NCBI RefSeq assembly: GCF_000737315.1
Contig: NZ_JMCB01000001.1
Span: 682,001 to 746,000, forward strand
Direction: 5' to 3'
From: Hyalangium minutum
GTDB taxonomy: Bacteria > Myxococcota > Myxococcia > Myxococcales > Myxococcaceae
Length of the DNA: 64,000 bases
Shown: piece after piece, positions 17,629 to 26,653 of the stretch
Numbering within the stretch: the first letter of the stretch is position 1
Layout: every line of letters starts with the position of its first letter
Notes under the pieces: generated by a model
What the model saw: the letters and a program-made list of their open reading frames with translations, nothing else
Told to the model about the DNA's origin: nothing
Database searches by the model: none
Translations under genes and position numbers: made by a program

Positions 17629-18969
17629 ATGAAGCACATGTCTACCGGCTGGGAGCATCATTTCTGCCTGCCTCCGGGGACACGAGTGCAGGACTGGCTC
17701 GTGGAGAGTTGCCACGGCCACGGTGCCTTTGGCGTCGTCTATCGCGCCGTCCGTATCGGCCACGAGTCCGATGGTCCCGTGGCCCTCAAGATGGCCCTCT
17801 TCCCCTGGGATCCCCGCTTCATGAGGGAGGTGGCGCTGCTGTCGCTCGTCCACCACCCCAGCGTGCCGCGCCTGCTCGGCCATGGCTTCTGGCGCCGTCC
17901 CCAAGGCACCTTCTTCCCCTTCATCGTCATGCAATGGGTGGAGGGCACGCCCCTCTATGAATGGGCGCGTCAGCACCGTCCCTCCCCTGCTCAGGTGGCA
18001 CTGCTGCTCTCTCAGTTGGCCCGCGCGCTCGAGGCCACCCACGACTGCAGAGCGGTCCACCGCGACGTCAAAGGGGACAATGTCGTGGTGAGGCACTCGG
18101 ACGGCCGCGCCATGCTCATGGACTTCGGCGCCGGTCACTACCAGTCCGCCGCACGGCTGACCTTCCAACCGCTGCCTCCTGGCACTCCTCCCTATCAATC
18201 TCCCCAGGCGGCGCAGTTCGAGCGGAACGCAGAGAACCACCCCGGCGCCCGGTACCTCGCCGGGCCCGCAGACGATGTGTTCGCCCTGGGTGTCACCGCC
18301 CATCGGCTCCTGACCGGTGACTATCCCTTCTCACTCGAGCCTCCTTTGGATGGGGTGCCATCAGCGCTCCGAGCGCTGATCGTGCGCATGCTCTCGCTGT
18401 CTCCCGAGGCGCGCGGCCCGGCGGGCGAACTGGCCGAAGCACTCGAAGCCTTCGCAGCGCAGGAGAAGATGCCACTTCCGCCGGAGAGTTCCACCCGCTC
18501 CCGTTCACGGCATCAACGCCGCGTGTGGAGGGCCGGAGGTGTGGGGGCTTTCGTGAGCTTGCTGCTGGCGCTGGGGGCCTGGCAATTCACGCACTCGCGC
18601 TCCCCTCAGGCCTCGCTTACCACCCAAGCCGTGGACACGGACCGGCCGGACGCGGACACCACCGGTGTGGCGGAAGCGGCTTCGAAGACAACCGAGGCCT
18701 CCGCTCCACCGCCTCGCCAGCCAGAGGCGATCCACCAGGACCCGAACGCCGAGCCATTGCCGGGACAGTTACGGCCCACCGAGCGAGGCCAATGCCCGGG
18801 GGGAAAGCAGGTCCCCATCAACGGAGGATGCTGGGTGGAGGTCCCCTCGAAAGATGCCGCAGAGTGCGAGGCCAATGGGTTGGTCTTCATCCAGGGCCGC
18901 TGCTACGCCCGGGCGTTTGGCCACCGCCGCAAAAATCCGCCCACCTCCGCTCCTGCGGACTCCCGGTAG
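17629..18969 (+). CDS. Ser/Thr protein kinase, myxobacterial type with a TM helix and a Cys-rich C-terminal domain
   Basis: GHGAFGVVY, VALK, HRDVKGDN, DFG and PGTPPY motifs; TM segment VGAFVSLLLALGAW; RGQCPGG...GGCW...C...GRCY tail. Confidence 0.88.
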   Translation: MKHMSTGWEHHFCLPPGTRVQDWLVESCHGHGAFGVVYRAVRIGHESDGPVALKMALFPWDPRFMREVALLSLVHHPSVPRLLGHGFWRRPQGTFFPFIVMQWVEGTPLYEWARQHRPSPAQVALLLSQLARALEATHDCRAVHRDVKGDNVVVRHSDGRAMLMDFGAGHYQSAARLTFQPLPPGTPPYQSPQAAQFERNAENHPGARYLAGPADDVFALGVTAHRLLTGDYPFSLEPPLDGVPSALRALIVRMLSLSPEARGPAGELAEALEAFAAQEKMPLPPESSTRSRSRHQRRVWRAGGVGAFVSLLLALGAWQFTHSRSPQASLTTQAVDTDRPDADTTGVAEAASKTTEASAPPPRQPEAIHQDPNAEPLPGQLRPTERGQCPGGKQVPINGGCWVEVPSKDAAECEANGLVFIQGRCYARAFGHRRKNPPTSAPADSR

Positions 18970-18994
18970 CGCAGAGACGTGGGCTCCTCCGCTA

Positions 18995-19086
18995 CCGGTC
19001 GTCAGGGCTCACTGGTGAGCCTTGGCCGCCTGGAGGTTCTCCCCCAGAAGTCCGGTCGTCAGGGCTCACCGGTGAGCCCTGGCCGC
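18995..19086. repeat. Two 35-bp direct repeats (57-bp period), each containing a 22-bp palindrome
   Basis: CCGGTCGTCAGGGCTCAC(T/C)GGTGAGCC(T/C)TGGCCGC at 18995-19029 and 19052-19086, with a 22-nt spacer. Copy 2 palindrome CAGGGCTCACCGGTGAGCCCTG (19060-19081) is perfect. Confidence 0.9.
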
Positions 19087-19265
19087 TCGCTCATATTTCG
19101 ACCAGCCCTCCTGGTTGGCAGCGCTGATCCCCTGAGCCAGAACAGCCCTTGTAAAAACGGTCACTTGCCCAGAGGGAGGAGTGGCGCAGGCCATTCCCCC
19201 TCCCTGGGAGAGGTGCGATGCGCTCTTCTGGGCTATCCCGCTGTGCGCATCTATCCGATCGAGCC

Positions 19266-20846
19266 CTACGGCAACGTGAGCATGGCGCTGCTGGTGCTCG
19301 CGGTCGCGGACGGCACGACGAGCGTCAACCACCCCCGCTCCGTCCTCACCCCGGGCATGTGCTGAGCCATGAGCCGCAGCACGTAGTCATTGCCCGACGT
19401 GAGCAGCCCCGGAGGCAGCCGCACGCTGCGCTCATCGGGCCCCATGTAGATGCGGGCCACATTGGTGAGCAAGTTGATGTCCGCGTTGTAGCGGGTGATT
19501 TGGAGCACATAGCCCGTCGCCGAGCCCAGGGCGGGTGCGTCCCAGGTCACCAGAGGCGTGGCCGTCTCCAGGATCCGCGAAGTCGTCGCGGACACCCCAT
19601 CCACCTGGAAGGAACGCGGCAGAGAAACGCGGGGACGGACGGGGGTCGACCCGAGCTCACTGACCGCCTCGGTGGAGAGGAAGCTCTCATTCGCCCGCAC
19701 GGTGCGGCTCCCGTCATGCTTCGTCACGTTGAAGGAATAGGTGCTGCTGAACTGGGCCATCGGCTCCCAGCCCATGGGATAGGGATTGCCGAAGGACAGC
19801 TCCTTGACCACCGGCACCTGCGGCGAGTTGCGCAGCGGTGCGTAGTCCAGCATCGGGTTGACGGAGTAGTCGAACCACCCCTCCTGGGCCGTCCTCAGCG
19901 TGGGATACACGTCCACGAAGCCGGTAACGGAAGGGGCCCCCGTCGTGGAGGCGATGCGCAGCGCATTGAACTCATCCCGCCGCCAATCGAAGCGCACCGT
20001 CTGCTCGGGCGCCGGCTGGAGGGTGGCCTCCACGGAGAACACACCCCCATTGAAGGCAAACGGGTTGAGCTGGGCCGCTCGCACCAGGGACGTGTAGGCC
20101 CGGGGCGCCCCACCTTCCGGCTCTGGCCCCGCGTCACGCTGCTGGGTCTGCACCACCCAGGCGCTGTCACCCTGCGCTGGGTCGAACCGGGGGACGTTGC
20201 CGTAGTCCGAGTTGTACCTGGCCTCCGTGGTCATGAGCGACGTCTGTCCCTCCGCCAGTTCCTGCGGAAGGGAGAAGGAGCCGCTGTCCTCGATGTCCAG
20301 CGAGTGGAAGCTCAGCTCCGAGTAGTTGTTCCAGTTCGGATCCGGGTCCGGCGCGAGCCCCAACAGGTTGAGGCTGGCGCTCACGGGGTTCGGGAAGAAC
20401 ACGCTCCCGCGCCCCGGCCGGCCGTACAGCCGGGTGCTGATGTCCACCGAGCGCCAGGAAACAACGAAGTACTGCGCGCTGTTGGACTTCACCAGGTAGG
20501 TGCCCGGCGGAACATCGAAGCGGACGACGCCCGGCGCCATGACGACCCCAGGGACCGGTGTCCCGCCATCCTGGGGCACCAGCTCCGCGGGAGCGGCGGT
20601 GAAGTCCCGAGGTTGGAACTCGAGACCCTTCCTTGCGTAGAAGGCATCGTTCTTCGTCAGCAGCATCGAGACGTTGGGATCCACGATGATGCCGGCATCG
20701 GGAGGCGGCGGCGGGTTGCACGTGTCCGGTGGCTCGTCGCACTTGGAGTCCTCGTCATGACAGCCCACGGCCCCCAGCGACAGAACCAGCGCGAGGAACC
20801 AGGGAGCCGTTGAGAACAGGCCGCGGACGCGGGGGAACAAAGACAT
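19266..20846 (-). CDS. Putative lipoprotein with beta-rich/FN3-like C-terminal domain
   Basis: ATG 20846 with GGAGG upstream; lipobox LGAVG-C; PPPPPDAG linker; TPLVTWDAPALGSATGYVLQI FN3-like segment. Confidence 0.7.
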   Translation of the reverse strand: MSLFPRVRGLFSTAPWFLALVLSLGAVGCHDEDSKCDEPPDTCNPPPPPDAGIIVDPNVSMLLTKNDAFYARKGLEFQPRDFTAAPAELVPQDGGTPVPGVVMAPGVVRFDVPPGTYLVKSNSAQYFVVSWRSVDISTRLYGRPGRGSVFFPNPVSASLNLLGLAPDPDPNWNNYSELSFHSLDIEDSGSFSLPQELAEGQTSLMTTEARYNSDYGNVPRFDPAQGDSAWVVQTQQRDAGPEPEGGAPRAYTSLVRAAQLNPFAFNGGVFSVEATLQPAPEQTVRFDWRRDEFNALRIASTTGAPSVTGFVDVYPTLRTAQEGWFDYSVNPMLDYAPLRNSPQVPVVKELSFGNPYPMGWEPMAQFSSTYSFNVTKHDGSRTVRANESFLSTEAVSELGSTPVRPRVSLPRSFQVDGVSATTSRILETATPLVTWDAPALGSATGYVLQITRYNADINLLTNVARIYMGPDERSVRLPPGLLTSGNDYVLRLMAQHMPGVRTERGWLTLVVPSATASTSSAMLTLP

Positions 20847-20966
20847 GGGGTGAACCTCCTTTTTCAAAGCGCGCGAAGCTCGCAAGCGGCCTGGAAGGTG
20901 TCCACCCACGGAGAGTATCTCCGGAAGCAGAATGTCCACCTCACAATGCTGAGGGCCCGGCAGACG

Positions 20967-21629
20967 TCACTTCGATGGCGCTTCCCCCGCCGTGCGCAAG
21001 AAGAGGAGGACGTGGAGGCTTCCCGCGTGGGGAGTGACTTCCACCCTCACCTCCTGCGCCTTCTTCCGGAACACGAACGGCTCCTCCGCTCGGTACCCGG
21101 CGCGGGAGAGCTGCTCCTGGTACCAGGCCTTCACCTCGGCCGCCGGAGCCTGCACCTCGTAGCCCAGGGTCTGCGCGCCCTCGAAGTCCGCCTGAAGCAG
21201 GTTCTTCGCTCCAGGGTAGACGGGCACCGAAGGAGGCGCCGTGGGCCGCCGGGCGCCCAGCCGCGCCTCGCCGACAACCACCTCCGTGAGCCCTCCCGCC
21301 TGGGGCGTGAGGATGACGGTGTACGAGGTGAGCGTCCGCGTGTTCAGCGCGGTGAGGTGAGGCTGGGGCGCCAGCCGCTGCTGCTTCCGCTCGATGTAGA
21401 AGCCCGCGTCCGCGAAGGCCTGCCCGAAGTGCCTCAGCAGGAACTCCACCTTCTCCTTCGAGGTCACCACCCGGAACCGGACCGGGATGCCGCCCACGTC
21501 CATCTTCGCGGGCACCTCCACCACGGACACCTGACCCGGAACCTGCCACTGCAGGGGATCCTCGGGAGGCGGAGCGCTTGCCTTGGCCGGCGCCGCAGCC
21601 ACCGCCAGCACCAGCAGCGCGCTCAGCAT
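20967..21629 (-). CDS. Secreted hypothetical protein, fourth gene of the Tad minor-pilin cassette
   Basis: Signal-peptide-like MLSALLVLAVAAAPAKA; ATG 21629 overlaps the upstream stop. Confidence 0.7.
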   Translation of the reverse strand: MLSALLVLAVAAAPAKASAPPPEDPLQWQVPGQVSVVEVPAKMDVGGIPVRFRVVTSKEKVEFLLRHFGQAFADAGFYIERKQQRLAPQPHLTALNTRTLTSYTVILTPQAGGLTEVVVGEARLGARRPTAPPSVPVYPGAKNLLQADFEGAQTLGYEVQAPAAEVKAWYQEQLSRAGYRAEEPFVFRKKAQEVRVEVTPHAGSLHVLLFLRTAGEAPSK

Positions 21630-22672
21630 CCCAGCAGTCCCAGGAAGCACTCTTTCGACGGGCGGCGCTTGGCGGGCCGGTCCGGCACGCCTCCCGTGTT
21701 GCGGTCGCGATCCACCGCATCCAGCGCCTCACCGGCGGGAGTGTCCGGCTCCTGGTAGTCGTCCTCCTCGCCGCGGTAGCTCATGAAGAAGCCGCTCTCA
21801 TCAATAGGGCTGTAGCCCACGAAGACGCGCGCGAAGTCCGACGCATCCCGCCCCGCCGAGCGGTCGTTGTTGTCGAACACCTTCCTCACCCCGTAGTAGT
21901 AGGCCGGGTTCTCGCCGCACGGCACATCCGGCTGCTCGGGCCGCAGGGGGCACTGGCCGCTCACGTCCGTGTCGGCGAAGGCGAAGTCTCCCAGGAGGAT
22001 GGCATAGCGGCCCTTGCACTCGCCGTTGATGGCCCGCCCCGAAGCGCACGCCTTCATGTCCCGCAGCACCGCGTGCTGCTCCTTGAAGAAGCCCGAGTCC
22101 CCCTCCAGGAAGGTGGTGGTCAGCGAGGGCAGCGTCTGCAGGCGTGCGTTCGCGGTGCACGACACGCCGCCCACGTTCTCGTAGACGCCATCGAGCACGC
22201 TGTCCGTGGCATTCCCCAAGTCCGGGGTGGTATCCCCCTGGTTCCAGTCGCCCTGCTGAGGCACCATCAAAATGGGGCGCAGGCTGCGGGGCACGTCGAA
22301 CTCCACCCGGTCGTCCACCTCGCACTGCACCTCCAGGCTGTCGATGCGCGTGAAGACGTGGGTGATGCTCGAGCTGTTGTTGCTGGAGCGGCGCCCGTCA
22401 AAGTCGCGGTAGCGAGCGTTGGCATCGCGCGTCACGGCCGGAGCAATGTTGGGGAACATGGAGAAGTCCCCAATCTTGTCCTCGTTGGGCATCATCTTGT
22501 GCACCCGGAGGGCGGTGGCGTCCCACAGCGGGGAGACAGCCGCCTCATGCACGCGCAGGGACAGGTAGCCCACCTCGGCGAAGTGGATGCCGAACGCCAC
22601 CACGGTGACGAAGATCATGAGGCCCAGCACCATCTCCGCCATGGCCTGGCCGCGCCGCCTCGAGGCTCGCAT
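21623..22672 (-). CDS. TadE-like minor pilin
   Basis: ATG 22672 (TGATG overlap); RGQ-AMAEMVLGLMIFV prepilin motif with E+5. Confidence 0.75.
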   Translation of the reverse strand: MRASRRRGQAMAEMVLGLMIFVTVVAFGIHFAEVGYLSLRVHEAAVSPLWDATALRVHKMMPNEDKIGDFSMFPNIAPAVTRDANARYRDFDGRRSSNNSSSITHVFTRIDSLEVQCEVDDRVEFDVPRSLRPILMVPQQGDWNQGDTTPDLGNATDSVLDGVYENVGGVSCTANARLQTLPSLTTTFLEGDSGFFKEQHAVLRDMKACASGRAINGECKGRYAILLGDFAFADTDVSGQCPLRPEQPDVPCGENPAYYYGVRKVFDNNDRSAGRDASDFARVFVGYSPIDESGFFMSYRGEEDDYQEPDTPAGEALDAVDRDRNTGGVPDRPAKRRPSKECFLGLLGC

Positions 22673-24159
22673 CAGTGCACCCCCTTGTAGCCGGCGCGGA
22701 CGAGCTCGCTGAAGGCCTCGGCCGCCACCCCGCCCACCGTGTTGGGCACGTCCGTTCCGCCGCGCAACAGCTTGCCGCCGATGTCCGCGTCCGCGGGGAC
22801 CAGGGTGGCGCGCCAGAACGGGTTCCACAGGTTGGGCGGCTCGTCCCAGTGGCCGCGCCGGTGGTAGTAGGCCAGCCCGGTGGCCAGCGCCTGCTGCACG
22901 CTGATGTCCGTGCCGTTCGCCAGGTGCCAGCCATGGTTGTCGAACTCGCTGGCCTTGCCCGGCGTGAAGCTGAAGGTGAACTGCAGGTACCAGGGCTCGG
23001 ATCGCAGCCCCCGCTGCTTGTAGTCCCGCTGCACGAGCGCGAAGAGCTTGGGCTGCGCCCAGAGGTTGTTCGCCGTATCGTCCGCGGTGTTGTACGTGAA
23101 GCCGCCGAAGAAGGTGGACGGCTGGTCCTCGGGCCTCACGTACATCAGCGTGTGCCGGAACTGTTTCTCCATGCCAGGATCCGCCACGCCAAGCATCGGG
23201 CCTCCGGGCGTCCACCAGTGGTCGTCGGAGTTGTCCAGCTTGTCCGTGGACTTCACGCCCGCGGTGGCATTCACGACGAAGGGCGCACAGCCCGGGAAGG
23301 TGATCTCCACCTCGGCGTGATCCTCGGCCCAGGTGTAGTGGGGCAGGTCCGCGCGCCCCCCGTGCCCCAGCTTGTCGCCCCAGTAGGCACTGCCTCCCTG
23401 GTTGATGACGCGCAGCCGGGCGCCTGCGGTGGTCAGCCGGCCGAGCACCCCGCCGTCGCCGCCGGTGAACGCGGGCATCCCCTGGCGGCGGGTGATGAAC
23501 TCGTAGCCTCGGGTGGCCATGGCCATGTCCAGGGAGAAGTCCTCGCCTCCCGCGATGGCATGGTTCAGCTCCGCGAGCGACACCGCCGTGGGGCCCGCGT
23601 GCAGCTCGTTCGGCCAGGCGCTGCCCTCGGAGGCCAGCTTCGCGTACTGCTGGGCGAAGGACTTCGGCCCGCCTGACACCGACTCCTGGAGCTGCTCGAC
23701 GAACTTGCCCTGCAGGTAGGCCATGTAATAGCCCAGCACCTGGATGTTGTAGGCCTGCACACCCGCCAGCGCGTCGTGCTTGTTCCACTTCTCCTGGATC
23801 TCCGCATTCAGCTCGTCCAGCGGCTGGAGGACGGCGGCGGCGGCCTGGCAGTTGTTGGCGGCCATGCGAGCGGCATTGAGGTTGGCGCGCGTGACGCTGG
23901 TCCAGCTGATGAGGCTCTGCACACCCGACATGGCCACCAGGTGGGCCGTCTGGGCGCGCCGCATGAGGGCGATGCTGTTGAAGGTGCGCGCGGTGGCCAC
24001 CGCGTTGCTGTAGGCGGCCAGGTCCGCCACGCTCTGGGCCTCCAGCTTCTCGCGCACCTTCATGGAGAACGCGAGCGTCAGGGTCACCATCAACGTGAGG
24101 AACAGCAGCGTCAGGCTGAAGAGCACCAGCGTCTGGCCGCGAGGACTGGACCGGCTCAC
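22672..24159 (-). CDS. TadG-like (Tad domain) pilus tip protein
   Basis: RGQ-TLVLFSLTLL...KLEAQSVADLAAYSNAVATAR, the typical Tad N-terminal domain. Confidence 0.78.
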   Translation of the reverse strand: MSRSSPRGQTLVLFSLTLLFLTLMVTLTLAFSMKVREKLEAQSVADLAAYSNAVATARTFNSIALMRRAQTAHLVAMSGVQSLISWTSVTRANLNAARMAANNCQAAAAVLQPLDELNAEIQEKWNKHDALAGVQAYNIQVLGYYMAYLQGKFVEQLQESVSGGPKSFAQQYAKLASEGSAWPNELHAGPTAVSLAELNHAIAGGEDFSLDMAMATRGYEFITRRQGMPAFTGGDGGVLGRLTTAGARLRVINQGGSAYWGDKLGHGGRADLPHYTWAEDHAEVEITFPGCAPFVVNATAGVKSTDKLDNSDDHWWTPGGPMLGVADPGMEKQFRHTLMYVRPEDQPSTFFGGFTYNTADDTANNLWAQPKLFALVQRDYKQRGLRSEPWYLQFTFSFTPGKASEFDNHGWHLANGTDISVQQALATGLAYYHRRGHWDEPPNLWNPFWRATLVPADADIGGKLLRGGTDVPNTVGGVAAEAFSELVRAGYKGVH

Positions 24160-24914
24160 AGCGCCTCCGGGGTGGGGGGGCAGTTCTGGGTCACGAAGTA
24201 CTGGGGCCGTGGCGGCGTCATCATCCGCATCACGTGCGTGGCCTGGAGCGGGAAGACGTACTCCCTGCGGTTCACGCGCGAGAGCAGCTCCTGCTGGATA
24301 GCAGCCCCCAGCGGGATGGCGTTCCGTCCCCGCGTCCAGGCAGCGGTGCGGACGGGCTGGAGCGGATCGGCCCCGGTGTAGTTCCGCAGCCCCATGTGCG
24401 CGAGGAACATCCGGGTCAGCACCCAGTCAGCGAAGGGAACGCGCAGCGGGTACCAGAAGACGATCCGCGCCTCCAGGCGCACCACGTCCTGGATGGACTG
24501 GTAGCGCGCCGGGTCATCGAAGTCCTCTTCCTCGGTGGGGGAGATGTCGCCGAGCAGCGGGCTCGAGCGCGCCACCCAGACGATGTCGCCGCTGAAGCCC
24601 ATGTCCAGGTGGGGCTTGTACTGGTCCTCCTTGTGCTCGCGGAAGGCGGCCCCGAGCGCGGCCGGGGAGTCCGTCCGGGCGAAGGAGGGCAACAAGGTGG
24701 CGATGGCGGCGTGGGTCATCGCCTCGCAGTCGCCGTGCTTGACCACGCCGGTGCGGACTGCGTGGAAGGCGGCGTACTCGGTGAGGATGCGGGCCTGGAG
24801 GAGCAGGAAGAGCTGGAACGTGCCAAGGATGAGGAACACGGTCAGAGGCAGCGTGATCGCTGCTTCCACCGCAGCTTGACCAGACTGCATGTCTGCAGGG
24901 TCACTCCACCTCAT
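24156..24914 (-). CDS. TadE family minor pilin (start may be ATG 24890)
   Basis: SGQ-AAVEAAITLPLTVFLILG...YAAFHAVRTG TadE signature. Confidence 0.82.
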   Translation of the reverse strand: MRWSDPADMQSGQAAVEAAITLPLTVFLILGTFQLFLLLQARILTEYAAFHAVRTGVVKHGDCEAMTHAAIATLLPSFARTDSPAALGAAFREHKEDQYKPHLDMGFSGDIVWVARSSPLLGDISPTEEEDFDDPARYQSIQDVVRLEARIVFWYPLRVPFADWVLTRMFLAHMGLRNYTGADPLQPVRTAAWTRGRNAIPLGAAIQQELLSRVNRREYVFPLQATHVMRMMTPPRPQYFVTQNCPPTPEAL

Positions 24915-25129
24915 GGGAGCGCACTTCGCCCATCCAGTCTTTCGGCGCTATCGGACAAGTGGCCTCCTGTCAGCTGCTCTCGATTTTTCCTATATAAACA
25001 GAGAGTTCATACCTATCAGGTTCATCCTGCAAGCGGTTTCAAGACCTACTCCAGCCCACCTCTGGCGGCAGTCCGCATGCGTCACCGGGGCATCCGCCCC
25101 GGGGGATGGCAGGCCCTGAGGCCCCTCTC

Positions 25130-25798
25130 TCAGTGAGGAGTCGAAGCCTTCGTCTCGCCTGAGGATTCGGGGCTCGGAGCTTCACTGGCCGGAGCTGCCG
25201 GAGCCGCGGAAGGGGGGGAGTTCCCTGCGGAGGCCGCGGCTGCCCGCTCTGCCTCTCGCTGGGCCGCCTTCTCTGCCCCAAGCTCGGCCTCGCGCAGGAA
25301 CTCCTGGTACTCCACCTTCCGAGCATCCGCCTGGGCCTGGGCCTTGGCTGCCCCCTGAGCCGCCGTCGCCCTCCCCTTCAACACCGCCCGGTAGCTGAGA
25401 AGCACCCCTGCCGCCAGCGCCGAGAGCTGCAGGACGAACACCGCGGGCCCGGGCCAGAGCCCCTCCAGTCCGCCCCACGCGAAGTTCAGCGCGAGGATGA
25501 AGACCTGGCCGGAGAGCACTCCGCCAATGGCCGTAGACAGCGGTTTCAGCTCGATGATGCGCGCCGCGCCGTAGCAGAGCAGCGGAAGCACCGCGAGCAC
25601 CCACAGGTTCTGCAACGGGACGCCGATGGCCAGCCGAAGCCCCTCGGGCAGATCCTGGACGCGCTGGGTCAGCCGGTACGCCAGGGCCACCGAGAGCACG
25701 GAGCCAATCACCTGCGCCAGGAAGCCGAGTCCCACGACGAACTGGAAGCGGCGGATACGGACACGTACCGGGTCAAGAACGCTGGGCTTGGAGCTCAC
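25130..25798 (-). CDS. Hypothetical membrane protein
   Basis: 4 hydrophobic segments, a coiled-coil-like segment and an A/P/S-rich tail; follows truA. Confidence 0.7.
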   Translation of the reverse strand: MSSKPSVLDPVRVRIRRFQFVVGLGFLAQVIGSVLSVALAYRLTQRVQDLPEGLRLAIGVPLQNLWVLAVLPLLCYGAARIIELKPLSTAIGGVLSGQVFILALNFAWGGLEGLWPGPAVFVLQLSALAAGVLLSYRAVLKGRATAAQGAAKAQAQADARKVEYQEFLREAELGAEKAAQREAERAAAASAGNSPPSAAPAAPASEAPSPESSGETKASTPH

Positions 25799-25834
25799 AC
25801 CGACGGAGCCTACCGCAAGCCCCGCCCCAAGGCC

Positions 25835-26632
25835 TCATGGCTCGTCATCAAACACGTCCGCCGAGTCCCCAGCCGTGCGAGGGGGCGGCCCGTCTCCATA
25901 GAAGACCTCCTCCAGCACCAACCCCTGCGGCGGCGCCGTGGGGCCTGCCTTCGTCCGGTCCCGGGTGGCCAGCACCTCGGCGACCCACGCCTCCGGCTTG
26001 CGGCCCTTTCCCACCTCCACCAACGTCCCCACCAGGTTGCGCACCATGTGCTTGAGGAACGCCGTGCCCTCCACCACGAAGGACACCTCGTCCCCCGCCG
26101 CCCCCACCACATCCAGCCGGCGCACCTCGCGGACCGCATGCGCGGCCTGGCAGTCCGAGGCCCGGAACGAGGAGTAGTCATGCCGTCCCAGCAGGTGCCG
26201 GGCGGCGCGGGCCATGGCCTCCACCTGGAGCGGCGTGAACAGCGCCCAGTGCGTGTACCGGAGCAGCGGCGAGCGCGTGGGCCGGTTGCTCACCCAGTAC
26301 CGGTACCGCTTGCCCCGAGACCAGCGGCGCGGATCGAACTCCGGGGGTACCTCCTCGGCGCTCACCACGGCGATGTCCTCGGGCAGCAGGCCGTTGAGCC
26401 CGCGCGAGTACGCCTTGAGCGGCAGCGTGCGCTCCGTGTCGAAGCACACCACCTGCCCCGTGGCGTGCACCCCCGAGTCCGTCCGTCCCGCCGCCGTCAC
26501 CTCCACGGGTCCGCCCAGGAGCTTGCCCAGCGCCTCTTGCAGCTCGGCCTGGATGGCCCGTCCGTTGGACTGAACCTGCCACCCCACGTAGCGCGTGCCG
26601 TCGTATTCGAGGACCAGCTTCAGGCGAGGCAT
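25835..26632 (-). CDS. truA: tRNA pseudouridine(38-40) synthase
   Basis: YDGTRYVGWQ, AAGRTDSGVHA (catalytic Asp), HDYSSFR, FLKHMVRNLVG, TAPPQGL. Confidence 0.95.
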   Translation of the reverse strand: MPRLKLVLEYDGTRYVGWQVQSNGRAIQAELQEALGKLLGGPVEVTAAGRTDSGVHATGQVVCFDTERTLPLKAYSRGLNGLLPEDIAVVSAEEVPPEFDPRRWSRGKRYRYWVSNRPTRSPLLRYTHWALFTPLQVEAMARAARHLLGRHDYSSFRASDCQAAHAVREVRRLDVVGAAGDEVSFVVEGTAFLKHMVRNLVGTLVEVGKGRKPEAWVAEVLATRDRTKAGPTAPPQGLVLEEVFYGDGPPPRTAGDSADVFDDEP

Positions 26633-26653
26633 CGTGTCCGCCCTCCACGAGGC

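Noticed and set aside
16948-18303. 451-aa ORF as one gene
   Set aside because: Only the part from ATG 17418 is protein-like and coupled to an upstream stop; the rest is antisense to the kinase.
18995-19086. CRISPR array
   Set aside because: Only two repeats, a 22-nt spacer, no leader and no cas genes in the window; kept as an unexplained repeat.
21623-23788. 721-aa ORF as one gene
   Set aside because: The real start is ATG 22672 (prepilin motif, TGATG overlap); the upstream part overlaps the TadG-like gene in another frame.
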